A stretch of 59,715 nucleotides of DNA from an uncultured Myxococcales bacterium (GTDB taxonomy: Bacteria > Myxococcota_A > Polyangia > Fen-1088), in the NCBI GenBank assembly GCA_937889515.1, contig CALAOV010000175.1, positions 1 to 59,715 of the forward strand, written 5' to 3'. Below, one piece after another: positions 1-9,305 of this stretch (positions are counted from its first letter, which is position 1; the number at the start of each line of letters is the position of its first letter). A program made the position numbers and the translations under genes. The notes under the pieces were generated by a model that saw nothing but the letters and a program-made list of their open reading frames with translations, was not told the origin of the DNA and searched no databases.

Positions 1-2
1 GC

Positions 3-2405
3 GTGGTCCCCATCGAGGAGCTGCCCCATCGGATGTCCGGCCTGCAGTATCTCGCCCTGCTGGTGGATCCCGGCGGGCCCGACCGTCTGCCCGCCGGTGA
101 ACGCTTCCTGGACGATCTGGCGGCGCGCATCCGACTCTACCCGCGCGCCGAGGTCAGCGACGTGCGGACGGGCTTCGCCTCCGAGCGGGCCTTCGTCGAA
201 AAACATGCCGGCAGCCTGATCGCGCTCGAGGACTTGCGGGTGATCCGCCAGCGGATCGAAGATCGGCTGCACTGGGAGTACGCCAAGAAGACCGGCACGC
301 TGCTGGACGACGACGAGCCGGCGCCCCCGCTGGATTTCACCGACATCGACCGGAAGTACGCGGGCCAGCTCGGCGGCGGCGACCTGGAAGGCAACCGCTT
401 TTCGAACCGGCGGATGGGGCTGACGCTGATGCTGGTCGAGGTCGGCGGCTTTTCGACCAGCGCCGCGCAGGCGGCGACGCTCATCCGGCACGTCAAGGAG
501 GACATGCGCGCGCTGGGCGGGCCGGAGCGCTACGCGCCCGGGATGCGGGTCGGATTCACCGGCGACGTCGCCATCGCGGCCGAAGAGATGGCGGCGCTGG
601 TCCAGGACCTGACGCTGTCTTCGGTGCTGGTGGTAGCGGCGGTGTTGTTGGCGATCGTCTTCTTTTACGGCTGGCGGCGGGCGATCCCCGCGCTGTTTCT
701 TCCGCTGGGCGTGGCTGTGCTCTACGCGTTCGGGCTGGCCAGTCTCCCGCCGTTCGGGATCACCGAGCTGAACTCCAACACCGCCTTTCTCGGTTCGATC
801 ATCGTGGGCAACGGGATCAACTTCGGCATCATCCAGCTCGCGCGGTATGTGGAGGCGCGCCGGCGCGGCCAGACGGTCGAAGAGGCGCTGGCGACGACAC
901 TCTGGGGAACCCGCAAAGGGACCCTGTCGGCGGCGCTGGCGGCGGGGGTCGCCTACGCGTCGCTGGTCGCGATGCAGTTTCGGGGCTTCCGCCAGTTCGG
1001 CGTCATCGGCGGCCTCGGCATGGCGTTCGCCTGGGCAACGACCTTCCTGCTCATGCCGCCGCTCCTGGCCTGGCTCGATCGCGGGCGTCACGCGCCCCGC
1101 GTGCGACCGGTGTCCGGACGCCTGATGGGCGCGGTCGCCCAGTTGGTCGGCGCGCGACCGCGGCTGCTGGTCGGTGGCGCGGTGGTGCTCACCCTGCTCG
1201 CCATCTGGCAGGTGCGCAGCTTCGGGCGCGACCAGCTGGAGTATGATTTTTCCCGGCTACGGCGGCGCGACACCTGGGCCTCGGGCGAGGGCTACTGGGG
1301 CAAGCGGATGGACATCCTGATGGGCCGGTACCTGACCCCGACGGTGATCCTCACCGACTCGGAGGCCGAGGCGCGCGCGGTGACCGCCCGGCTCCGGGCC
1401 GAAGCGACCCACCCGCCCCTGGCCGGCATGATCGCCTCGATCCGCAGCTACGACGACGTGGTGCCGCCCGACGAGGCCGACAAGAAAGCGGAGCTGGCGA
1501 TCGTGCGCCGCAAGATGACCCCCAACGTGCGCAACAACGTCGCACGCGCCGATCGGGAAAAGCTCAATCGTCTGATCGGTCCCGAGGACGCGCCGGCCGC
1601 CGGTCCACCGATTCGCCCCGACGAGGTCCCGGACGTCCTCACCCGCGGCTTGCGCGAGCGGGACGGCCGCGTCGGGCGCACGGTCCTCATCTACCCGAAC
1701 CCGGCCAACAGCTGGTGGCGCGGCGAGACCATCACCGCCTTCGTGGGCGCGCTCCGCGCGGTGGCCGATGCGCCCGTCGCGCTCGGCGGGCGGCCGGGTC
1801 GCGTGGCGGGCGGACCGGCGCTCTCGGCGGACATCATCGCGTCGATGACCCGCGACGGACCGCTGGCCTCGGGGCTGGCCTTCGTGGGCGTGGTGGCGAC
1901 CGTGCTGATCATCTTTCGGCGGGGTCTGGCGACCCCCTTTGTGATCGGCTCGCTGGTGGTCGGCGTGCTCTGGCTGCTGGCGCTCACCATGAAGCTCGGC
2001 ATCAAGATCAACTTCGTCAACTTCATCGCCTTCCCGATCACCTTCGGGATCGGCGTCGACTACGCCGTGAACGTCATGGCCCGCTACCTGCGCGACGGGG
2101 CCCGGGACGTCACCGCGGCGGTGCGCGGCACGGGCGGCGCGGTGGGCCTCTGCTCGCTCACCACCATCATCGGCTATTCGTCTTTGCTGGTGGCGAAGAA
2201 CGTGGGCCTGTTCCTGTTCGGCTTGCTGGCGGTGTTCGGCGAGATCGCCTGCCTGACCACGGCCGTGGTGTTGCTGCCGGCGGTGCTCACCTTGGTGCGC
2301 CCGCCCGTCCGGCCCGATCTCCCCGCTTTCGAGTGGGACGGCCCCACCGGTACCTCGACCGAGCCCCCGCTGGCCGACACACCGCAGTCCGAGGTAGCGT
2401 CCTGA
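3..2405 (+). CDS. MMPL/RND-family membrane transporter (5' end probably outside the window)
   Basis: Two repeats of a periplasmic loop plus TM bundle; RND signatures GNGINFGI and FGIGVDYAVNV; MMPL-type GAVGLCSLTTIIGYSSL helix. The ORF is open from the window edge. Confidence 0.85.
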   Translation: MVPIEELPHRMSGLQYLALLVDPGGPDRLPAGERFLDDLAARIRLYPRAEVSDVRTGFASERAFVEKHAGSLIALEDLRVIRQRIEDRLHWEYAKKTGTLLDDDEPAPPLDFTDIDRKYAGQLGGGDLEGNRFSNRRMGLTLMLVEVGGFSTSAAQAATLIRHVKEDMRALGGPERYAPGMRVGFTGDVAIAAEEMAALVQDLTLSSVLVVAAVLLAIVFFYGWRRAIPALFLPLGVAVLYAFGLASLPPFGITELNSNTAFLGSIIVGNGINFGIIQLARYVEARRRGQTVEEALATTLWGTRKGTLSAALAAGVAYASLVAMQFRGFRQFGVIGGLGMAFAWATTFLLMPPLLAWLDRGRHAPRVRPVSGRLMGAVAQLVGARPRLLVGGAVVLTLLAIWQVRSFGRDQLEYDFSRLRRRDTWASGEGYWGKRMDILMGRYLTPTVILTDSEAEARAVTARLRAEATHPPLAGMIASIRSYDDVVPPDEADKKAELAIVRRKMTPNVRNNVARADREKLNRLIGPEDAPAAGPPIRPDEVPDVLTRGLRERDGRVGRTVLIYPNPANSWWRGETITAFVGALRAVADAPVALGGRPGRVAGGPALSADIIASMTRDGPLASGLAFVGVVATVLIIFRRGLATPFVIGSLVVGVLWLLALTMKLGIKINFVNFIAFPITFGIGVDYAVNVMARYLRDGARDVTAAVRGTGGAVGLCSLTTIIGYSSLLVAKNVGLFLFGLLAVFGEIACLTTAVVLLPAVLTLVRPPVRPDLPAFEWDGPTGTSTEPPLADTPQSEVAS

Positions 2406-2424
2406 ACCAAGGATAGAGGTGCCC

Positions 2425-3930
2425 ATGTCACGTCCTCGGCCATCGGCCTGCGCGCTCCTCGTCGCCCCCCTCGCGTTTCTCGTGGTCGCGGACGGATCGA
2501 TCGCGCAGGTCCACGCCGCCGAGGGTCTCAAGACGATCAACAACCCCGGCGGCGGCCAGATCGTTTACGGGCCGCTCGCCGGCGTTTCGTCGCTGAAGAC
2601 CGCCATGGCGTTCGTGCTGCGCACCGTCCACAGCCATTTCGACGACCGCCCAAAAGTCGGAAAGTTCTTCCAGGCCAAGGACCGCCAATCGGTCGCCACA
2701 TTCTTCACGGTCACGGCCAAATCACAGGGCGGCGGCGCCATCGCCGGTCTCGCCATCGTCTCGATGGCCGGCGGCAGCGGCAGCGCGGCCGGGGCCGTGC
2801 TCTACGACGACGCCGTACGCTTCGCCAAGAGCGAGCCCGCCATGATGAAGACGCTCAACCAGGCCTGGGCCGGGGCCTCCGCCAAGCCCCTCGCGCCGCC
2901 GCCGGCCGCCTCGGCACCGGGCGTGGCAGCGACGAGCTCCGGCGCCAACGTCGCGGTTGCGGCTGTGGGGACGGCGTCCTCGGGCGCAGAAGCGACCGCC
3001 GGTCCCGCCCCCGCCCACCTGGCCGGCCCGCAGCACCTGCGAATGGCCACCGGCGGCGATCGCAGCGCCAGCGTCGGCCTGCCCCCCGGATGGCGCCTCA
3101 CCGCCGTTTCGGGCGGACAGCTCACGGCGGAGGGACCGAACGGCGAGATGGTCGGTCTCGGAATCATCTACCAGGGGATCCGGAACCCGGGGATGCGGAT
3201 GCCCAACTTCGCAGGGATGCGGCAGGGTGCCCCGCTGGTCGCTCCATTCGGCGGCAACCTCTTCAGCAACTTCGCGAGCGTGACCAACCAGGTCCGTCAC
3301 AACCAGCACCAATCCCCGGGAACCTTCAAGCTCACCCGCTCGGAAAATTTCCCAGGAAACCAGCAGGAACAACGGGTCGTCCAGGTCGCCTTCGAGCTGG
3401 ACCTTCACGACGGCAAGGGAAACCGCAAGGGCACCGCCCGGATCGGCACCATGCACGTGCGGGGCCTCGACACCTGGGCCATGACCGTCAGCACCTCGAA
3501 CATTCCGAGTGCGCTGGCCGAGGCGGAGGACCCGACCCTCAAGGCGATCCTTCGTAGCTACAGCCAGGACGGAAGGGTCATCGCTCGGGAGACCAACCAG
3601 GTCATCGCCGGGATTCACGCCAGCGCCCGGGCCGCTCAGAGCCGCGCCAACGCGCAGAGCGCCGCCAACGACGCCCACAACCGCGCCTTCGACCAGCACA
3701 TGAAGGACCTCGATTCGAACAACAGCGCCTTCGAGGCCCACATGGATTCCCTCGATCGCTCGAGCAAGAGCTTCCAGAACTACCAGCTCGATCGCGAGGT
3801 CATCCAGGATAGCGACCGCAACGAGCGCGGCACCGTCGGAAACGGCTACGGCGACGCGCTCGTCAAGGCCAACCCGGATCGCTTCCAGTACGTGAAGCAA
3901 CAGGACTTCATCAAGGGCGTCGACTACTAG
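2425..3930 (+). CDS. Exported hypothetical protein, 501 aa
   Basis: SD-like GAGG 5 nt before ATG 2425; signal-peptide-like N-terminus (RPRPSACALLVAPLAFLVVA); Ala/Pro linker; helical Ala/Asn/His-rich C-terminal segment; strong GC3 codon bias. Confidence 0.75.
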   Translation: MSRPRPSACALLVAPLAFLVVADGSIAQVHAAEGLKTINNPGGGQIVYGPLAGVSSLKTAMAFVLRTVHSHFDDRPKVGKFFQAKDRQSVATFFTVTAKSQGGGAIAGLAIVSMAGGSGSAAGAVLYDDAVRFAKSEPAMMKTLNQAWAGASAKPLAPPPAASAPGVAATSSGANVAVAAVGTASSGAEATAGPAPAHLAGPQHLRMATGGDRSASVGLPPGWRLTAVSGGQLTAEGPNGEMVGLGIIYQGIRNPGMRMPNFAGMRQGAPLVAPFGGNLFSNFASVTNQVRHNQHQSPGTFKLTRSENFPGNQQEQRVVQVAFELDLHDGKGNRKGTARIGTMHVRGLDTWAMTVSTSNIPSALAEAEDPTLKAILRSYSQDGRVIARETNQVIAGIHASARAAQSRANAQSAANDAHNRAFDQHMKDLDSNNSAFEAHMDSLDRSSKSFQNYQLDREVIQDSDRNERGTVGNGYGDALVKANPDRFQYVKQQDFIKGVDY

Positions 3931-3953
3931 ATCCGCTCCCGGTGGTCGGCCGA

Positions 3954-4463
3954 CTACAGCCAGCCCAGCGCGCGGCCCGCGAGGATGACGGCGGCGCCCC
4001 AGAGGCCGGCGGCGACGTCGTCGAGCATGACGCCGGGGCCGCCGCCCAGGCGCTCGGCGGCGCGGGCGGGCCAGGGCTTGAACTGGTCGAAGATCCGGAA
4101 GGCGACCACGCCCGCGACCAGGGCGCGCGTCGTCATGGGCGCGGCGATCCAGGTGACCAGCACGCCGGCGACCTCGTCGATGCAGACGATCTGCGGGTCC
4201 TTGATGCCGAGCCGGCGCTCGACCCGACCGGAGGCCCAGATTCCGACCAGCGTGACGATCACGGCGGCGGCCGCCACCGCGATCGGTCCGTGCGGGCGCA
4301 GCAGGAGATAGAGCGGGATCGCGCCCAGGGTTCCGGTCAGGCCGGGCGCGACCGGCATGTGGCCGCAGCCGAACCAGACCGCCAGAATGTGCGCCGAGAC
4401 GTCGCGCCACCCGCGGAGCGGCGGCGGAGGTGTCGCCGGCGCCCTGCCCCGCCCCGCGCTCAC
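3954..4463 (-). CDS. pgpA: Phosphatidylglycerophosphatase A family lipid phosphatase
   Basis: C-terminal part of track ORF 3954..5405. Motifs WFGCGHMPVAPGLTGT, DPQIVCIDEVAG, FRIFDQFKPWP, GVMLDDVAAG. The GTG start at 4463 overlaps the upstream TGA (GTGA). Confidence 0.88.
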   Translation of the reverse strand: MSAGRGRAPATPPPPLRGWRDVSAHILAVWFGCGHMPVAPGLTGTLGAIPLYLLLRPHGPIAVAAAAVIVTLVGIWASGRVERRLGIKDPQIVCIDEVAGVLVTWIAAPMTTRALVAGVVAFRIFDQFKPWPARAAERLGGGPGVMLDDVAAGLWGAAVILAGRALGWL

Positions 4464-5827
4464 GACCGCCAGAGCTTCTCGCGCTCGACGACGTCGAAGA
4501 CCTCGCGCAGGATCTCGACGCCATTTCTGGCGGTCGCCTCGTCGATGGTCAGGGCCGGCTGGATGCGGAAGCTCGAGGCGTAGGCCATGGTCAAAAGGCC
4601 CCGGCGCACCGCCTCGGTGAAGATCCGTTCGGTCACCCGCCGTGGCAGCGGCGCCTTGGTCTTCTTGTCGGAGACCAGCTCCATGCGCAGCAAGAGGCCG
4701 GCGCCGTCGACGAAGCCGACGAAGGGGTAACGGTCCACGAAGGCTTCCAGCTCGCGTTTCAAGACCGCGCCGACGGCGTCGGCGTTTTCGACCAGCTTCT
4801 CTTCGTCGATGATGCGTAACGCGGTCGCGCCGGCGGCCGCCGCCAGCGGGTTGCCGCCATAGCTCGACGACGAGCCGGACGGGTTGCCCCAGGGCTTGGC
4901 CTGGGCGATCTCGTCGGTGGTGAGCAGGCCCGATAGCGGGAAGCCGCCGCCGAACGCCTTGCCGATCGTGACCACGTCCGGCCGAACGCCGGTGTGGTCG
5001 GTCCCCCAGCGGCGCCCGGTGCGCCCGAGGCCGGTGATCATCTCGTCGGCGATGAGGAGCGCGCCGAGCTCGTCGGCCAGCGCGCGTACCGCCGGAAGGA
5101 ATTCTTTCGGGGGGATGACGTTGCCGGCCGTTCCCTGCATCGGCTCGACGATCACGGCCGCCACCGCGCCGGCACTGGCGGTCTTGACCTGCTTGCGGCC
5201 GACCTCGGCGCAGGCGATGCCACAGCTCGGGTACGAAAGACCGATCGGGCAGCGGTAGCAGTCCGCGTAGGGGATCTGGTGCGCGCCCGGCACCATCGGG
5301 CCGAGCTTGTCTTTGAAGGTCGAGCCCATCAGCGACAGCGCGCCCATGGTCTTGCCGTGAAAGCCGCCCCAGAAACCCACGAACTCGTACTTGCCGGTGT
5401 GGCACTTGGCCAGACGGAGCGCGCTCTCGACCGCCTCGGCGCCGCCCGAATAGAGCTGCAGGCGGTGAACGCCCGGCGCGGGTGGCGCCGCGGCCAGCCG
5501 CTCGCCCAGCTCGACCCGCGCCCGCGAGGTGAACGAGCCGACCGAGATCTTGGCCGCCTGGGCCTGCAGCGCGCCCACGAACGCCGGATGCGAATGTCCC
5601 AGGGCGTTGACGTTGATGCCCCCGATGAAATCCAGATAGGCGTTGCCGTCGACGTCGGTGACCGCGCTGCCCCGCCCCTCCTCGACCACGATCCCCGCCA
5701 TGACGGCGTAGCCCTGCAGCCCGGGCGCGATGTGCTGATCCTCGCGGGCCCGCAGCGCGCGGCTCTCGGGACCGGGGATCGCGGTGACGATCTTGGCTTT
5801 TTGATTCTTGGGTTGCGAGCTGTTCAT
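4460..5827 (-). CDS. Class III PLP-dependent aminotransferase, substrate unknown
   Basis: Motifs LDFIGGINVNALGHSHP, GFHGKT, EPMQGTAG, LIADEMITGLGRTG and the PLP lysine in TIGKAFGGG. ATG 5827 overlaps the GtrA stop (ATGA). Confidence 0.92.
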   Translation of the reverse strand: MNSSQPKNQKAKIVTAIPGPESRALRAREDQHIAPGLQGYAVMAGIVVEEGRGSAVTDVDGNAYLDFIGGINVNALGHSHPAFVGALQAQAAKISVGSFTSRARVELGERLAAAPPAPGVHRLQLYSGGAEAVESALRLAKCHTGKYEFVGFWGGFHGKTMGALSLMGSTFKDKLGPMVPGAHQIPYADCYRCPIGLSYPSCGIACAEVGRKQVKTASAGAVAAVIVEPMQGTAGNVIPPKEFLPAVRALADELGALLIADEMITGLGRTGRRWGTDHTGVRPDVVTIGKAFGGGFPLSGLLTTDEIAQAKPWGNPSGSSSSYGGNPLAAAAGATALRIIDEEKLVENADAVGAVLKRELEAFVDRYPFVGFVDGAGLLLRMELVSDKKTKAPLPRRVTERIFTEAVRRGLLTMAYASSFRIQPALTIDEATARNGVEILREVFDVVEREKLWRS

Positions 5828-6231
5828 GCGGGCGACGGGGGGCGGCCGGAGAATACGAAATATTTGGACATTGGATAGTTCCATCCCCCGCTCACGACGA
5901 GCGAGGTGATCACGCGGGCCAATATGTACTGCAATCCGGCCAGGTCGTGCAGCAGGAACTCGCCGAGCGTATTGAGGGCCAGGCTGCTCCCCGACACCAG
6001 GAGGAAGCGCCAGAGTTGGCGTCCGGCGGCGACGCCGGTCGCGCCCCGGTAGGTGAAGTGGCGGCCGAAGGTGAAGCTGGTGATGGCGCCGACGCTGGCG
6101 GAGATCGCCGTGGCCGGCACCGGCCGGACGCCGACCAATGAGACCAGGGCGATCATCGTGACGTAGTCGGCCAGCGTGGACAGGATCGACGTGGCCACGT
6201 GACGGACAGCCTCCCAGCCGGAACGGCGCAC
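5824..6231 (-). CDS. GtrA-family small membrane protein (putative lipid flippase)
   Basis: 135 aa with four hydrophobic helices; GtrA-type motifs SFTFGRHFTY, RQLWRFLLV, WNYPMSKYFVF. Confidence 0.85.
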   Translation of the reverse strand: MRRSGWEAVRHVATSILSTLADYVTMIALVSLVGVRPVPATAISASVGAITSFTFGRHFTYRGATGVAAGRQLWRFLLVSGSSLALNTLGEFLLHDLAGLQYILARVITSLVVSGGWNYPMSKYFVFSGRPPSPA

Positions 6232-6262
6232 GGGGGTTCCTCGAGCGGCGTACGTGCCCGAC

Positions 6263-7105
6263 CTAGGCCGACCCGACGTGCGCGTCCGGCTTGGCCACGA
6301 TCGCGTCGGGATCGAACGACTCCCCCGGCGGCTGGACCCTGGCCGGCTCGCGCGCGCGCAGCATCGCGATGATGCTCGAGAGGCGCTGCAGGACCGAGAT
6401 GTTGGCCACCACGGCGATGATCGTCGTCGCCAAGATGATGGGGAGCTCCCGGAGCGCCAGCGAAGGGGAGCCCCCGAAGAGGGCCTGAGCCACCGGCGTG
6501 AATCCCATTCCGACTATCATGTAGGTGGCCCGCTCGCTACGGCGCATCGCGCCCCGGGGCGCCGGGACGCCCATGGCCTCTGCCTTGGCCGTCGTGTAAC
6601 TGACCATGAAGCCGCCCACGAGAGCGGCCAGCACGATGAACAGCACCTGATCGTGTCCGCGGTAGTAGTAGATGAGCCCACCGAACAGAAAGAACTCGCC
6701 GTAGCGATCGGCGGCCGCATCGATCACCTCGCCCGCCTCCGAACCAATCCCCAGCTGGCGGGCCAAAAGGCCGTCGAGGATGTCGCAGAACGTGGAGAGC
6801 GTGGCCAGCGCCGCCGCCAGGCCGAACCATCCGAAGGCGATCGCGACGCCGGCGCCCAGGGCCGGGACCAGCGAGAACAGCGTCACCATGTTGGGCGTGA
6901 TCCGGAGAGCGGCCAGGAAGCCGACGATCGGGTGGAGGAGCCAGTAGTACATCTCCATCGTCGCCTTGTTCAGAAACACGCTCCCGCCGTCGGCGTCGAG
7001 CCGCGCGTGCCGCGCCCGTCCGTGGAGCATCGCCCGCACGCCGTACGACAAGAAGACGGCGACCACGAAGCCGATCATGCCGAGGGCAAAATAGAGATCA
7101 CGCAT
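6263..7105 (-). CDS. CDP-alcohol phosphatidyltransferase family protein
   Basis: Complete signature DxxDGxxAR...GxxxDxxxD (CDILDGLLARQLGIGSEAGEVIDAAADRYGE); ITPNMVT, SYTTAKAE and RSER motifs. Confidence 0.92.
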   Translation of the reverse strand: MRDLYFALGMIGFVVAVFLSYGVRAMLHGRARHARLDADGGSVFLNKATMEMYYWLLHPIVGFLAALRITPNMVTLFSLVPALGAGVAIAFGWFGLAAALATLSTFCDILDGLLARQLGIGSEAGEVIDAAADRYGEFFLFGGLIYYYRGHDQVLFIVLAALVGGFMVSYTTAKAEAMGVPAPRGAMRRSERATYMIVGMGFTPVAQALFGGSPSLALRELPIILATTIIAVVANISVLQRLSSIIAMLRAREPARVQPPGESFDPDAIVAKPDAHVGSA

Positions 7106-8219
7106 TTGACACGTCCTTCATGACAATCCGATCGTGCAGGTCGTCGCCGGAGAGCGCCCTCAACCCCGCCAGCGGTAGCTCGCGGCTCCCTTCGCGGGCC
7201 GAAGCATAGGCGGTCGCGATGAGCTGCACGCAGAGGAACGACTCCTCGGCCTCGCGTCCCACGAAATCGCCGCGCCCGATCGCCACCTTGAAGTCGTCGA
7301 AGAGCGAGTTGAACCAGGTGACGTGGCTGGAGTCCATCCAGTCCGACGAGATCGCCTGCCGCTCGAAAGCCCAGCTGGTGCCGCCGTCCGGCGCGCGCTC
7401 TTGCAGCGCCACCTCGATGTCGTCGTCCTCGACGCGAATGGCCCCGCGCTCGCCGTGCAGCGTGTAGAGCACCTTTCGAACCCCGGCGTTCCACGACAGA
7501 TGCGCCGTCGCCACGCCCGTCGGGAAACGCAGGCTGCAGGAAAAGTCGTCCTCGGTGTCGAAGGCCCCCAGCGTCGCGGTACGCGCCGTGATCGCGCTCG
7601 GGTAGGCGCGCAGCCACTCGAAGGCCAGGTAGAAGGTATGGCTGCCGTGATCCATCGCGATGCCGCCACCCGAGTAGCGGCGCTCGCGGCGCCAGTCGGG
7701 TCGCCAGCCGGTCACCCCCTTGGCGTGGGTGTTGCGAAAGGTCTGCAGCGTGACCAGGTGGACCTTCCCGATTCGCCCCGCCTCCAGCACCGCCCGGACC
7801 GCCTTGATGACCGGCGCGTGCTTGTAGTTGTGACAGGGGAAAAGGACCCGCTCGGCGCGGACCGCGCTCTGCAGCATCCCGCGGGCATCGTCGATCGACG
7901 CGGCCAGCGGTTTTTCACACAGGACGTGCAACCCGCGCTCGAAGGCCGCGTTGGCGATCTCGGCGTGGTCGGAGGGGGGCGTCGCCACGTCGACGAAATC
8001 GAGCCGGCCGGCCTCGGCTGCCAGGAGCGACCGATGGTCGTCGTAAATTCGCGCCTGGGGCCACTGGGCCTGCGCGACTGCACGTCGCTCGGGGGAAATG
8101 TCGGCGATCGCCGACACCTCGACGTCTTGGAGATTTTCAGCGCGCCGTTTGTAACCGGCCGCATGTCCTTTCTCCATGATGAACCCGTAACCGACGATTC
8201 CGCCGCGCAGTTTCTTCAT
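7098..8219 (-). CDS. Gfo/Idh/MocA NAD-dependent oxidoreductase (sugar/cyclitol dehydrogenase family)
   Basis: Rossmann motif GIVGYG, HVLCEKPLA, and GGGIAMDHGSH catalytic region. The start could also be 8234 or 8249. Confidence 0.9.
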   Translation of the reverse strand: MKKLRGGIVGYGFIMEKGHAAGYKRRAENLQDVEVSAIADISPERRAVAQAQWPQARIYDDHRSLLAAEAGRLDFVDVATPPSDHAEIANAAFERGLHVLCEKPLAASIDDARGMLQSAVRAERVLFPCHNYKHAPVIKAVRAVLEAGRIGKVHLVTLQTFRNTHAKGVTGWRPDWRRERRYSGGGIAMDHGSHTFYLAFEWLRAYPSAITARTATLGAFDTEDDFSCSLRFPTGVATAHLSWNAGVRKVLYTLHGERGAIRVEDDDIEVALQERAPDGGTSWAFERQAISSDWMDSSHVTWFNSLFDDFKVAIGRGDFVGREAEESFLCVQLIATAYASAREGSRELPLAGLRALSGDDLHDRIVMKDVSNA

Positions 8220-8371
8220 CTTATGCACCTGCATTAATCGCGTTTTCACGGGTCAGGTCAAGTTGGTCGGCGCTTGAGGTCCCGTAGCCAGGTGCCCTAT
8301 CTTGCGGGTCACACTCCCCGAGCAAACTGCAAGCCGCGCGCCAGGACGCCTACAATGCATTGGGTCAAAAC

Positions 8372-9238
8372 ATGAGCACGAACCACTCCGAAGCGAGAGC
8401 CCTGGTCGTGGCGACCCACAACTTGATGCACGGGCTGCGCATCGAGGCGCTCGTTGCGCACTATCTTGCGCTGCGCGAGGCGGAAGGGCTGGACCTGCTC
8501 TGCTTGCAAGAGGATCGCTATTTGACCGGCCCCGGCGCTTCGGGCGACGAGCGCCCCAGCGCGCGGATCGTCGCGGCGCTCGGCGCCCCGTACGAGCTCG
8601 TTCGCGAAGACGCCTGTCCGGGTCTCTGCTTCATCTACGACTCGCGCACCCTCCGCTGCCGCTCCCGATCGGTCGTCGCGCTTCCGCGCCTGGGCTCGCT
8701 CTCCTGGTTCGAAAAGCTCTACATCGTCGGCGGCAAGACCAAGCAGAAGTACCTCTTGCTCGCCGAGATGGAAGCGCGAGACGGCGCCGCGACGTTCGCC
8801 GCGGTCTGCTTCCATCTGGACACGGCAGGTGGCAACACCCACCGCCTGACGCAGGTGTGCGCCATCGCGGAGGCCCTCGAGACGGCCGGCTTTCGGGCGC
8901 GCGCGATCGCCTGCGGCGATACCAACGCGTTTGCCCTGCGACGCCAGCCCCAGGCGCTCGAGACGTTGCTTGCGCCGCTCCGCAGCCTGGGTGCCGTCGA
9001 CTGGGAGCCGGCGGCCCTGGCGTCGGTAGCAGCACCCAAGGCGCGCCCCACCCATTTCTTCGCGCGCCAGAACGAGCCCAAGCTCCCCCACCGCGTCGGC
9101 GTGCTGCTCGGCAAGCTGGGTCTGGATCTGCCCCGCCGCTACGACGTCGTGTGCACGAACCTGCCGGTCCGCCGGCGCGGTCAGGTCGCCACGCCCGGGT
9201 CCGACCACGACCTGGTTTGGGCCGCGCTGGAGGCGTAG
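8372..9238 (+). CDS. Endonuclease/exonuclease/phosphatase (EEP) family phosphoesterase
   Basis: All four EEP motifs are present: VATHNL, LCLQED, ACGDTN, GSDHDLVWA. TACAAT at 8351-8356 upstream. Confidence 0.85.
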   Translation: MSTNHSEARALVVATHNLMHGLRIEALVAHYLALREAEGLDLLCLQEDRYLTGPGASGDERPSARIVAALGAPYELVREDACPGLCFIYDSRTLRCRSRSVVALPRLGSLSWFEKLYIVGGKTKQKYLLLAEMEARDGAATFAAVCFHLDTAGGNTHRLTQVCAIAEALETAGFRARAIACGDTNAFALRRQPQALETLLAPLRSLGAVDWEPAALASVAAPKARPTHFFARQNEPKLPHRVGVLLGKLGLDLPRRYDVVCTNLPVRRRGQVATPGSDHDLVWAALEA

Positions 9239-9268
9239 CGTCGCCCACCTCGGAAAGCGCGAGATCCG

Positions 9269-9297
9269 TTGACGAAGGGGGGCTCGGAGATTAGGGT
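9269..9297 (+). promoter_or_regulatory. Sigma70-type promoter of glyA
   Basis: TTGACG (9269-9274), 17-nt spacer, TAGGGT (9292-9297), then 8 nt to ATG 9306. Confidence 0.65.
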
Positions 9298-9305
9298 CCG
9301 CTGCC

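Noticed and set aside
3954-5405. Apparent 483-aa PgpA fusion
   Set aside because: The N-terminal two thirds are an off-frame reading of the aminotransferase; PgpA starts at the GTGA overlap at 4463.
9239-9305. Riboswitch (glycine, THF or ZTP type) upstream of glyA or purM
   Set aside because: The leaders are too short given the promoter positions, and no aptamer consensus was recognisable.
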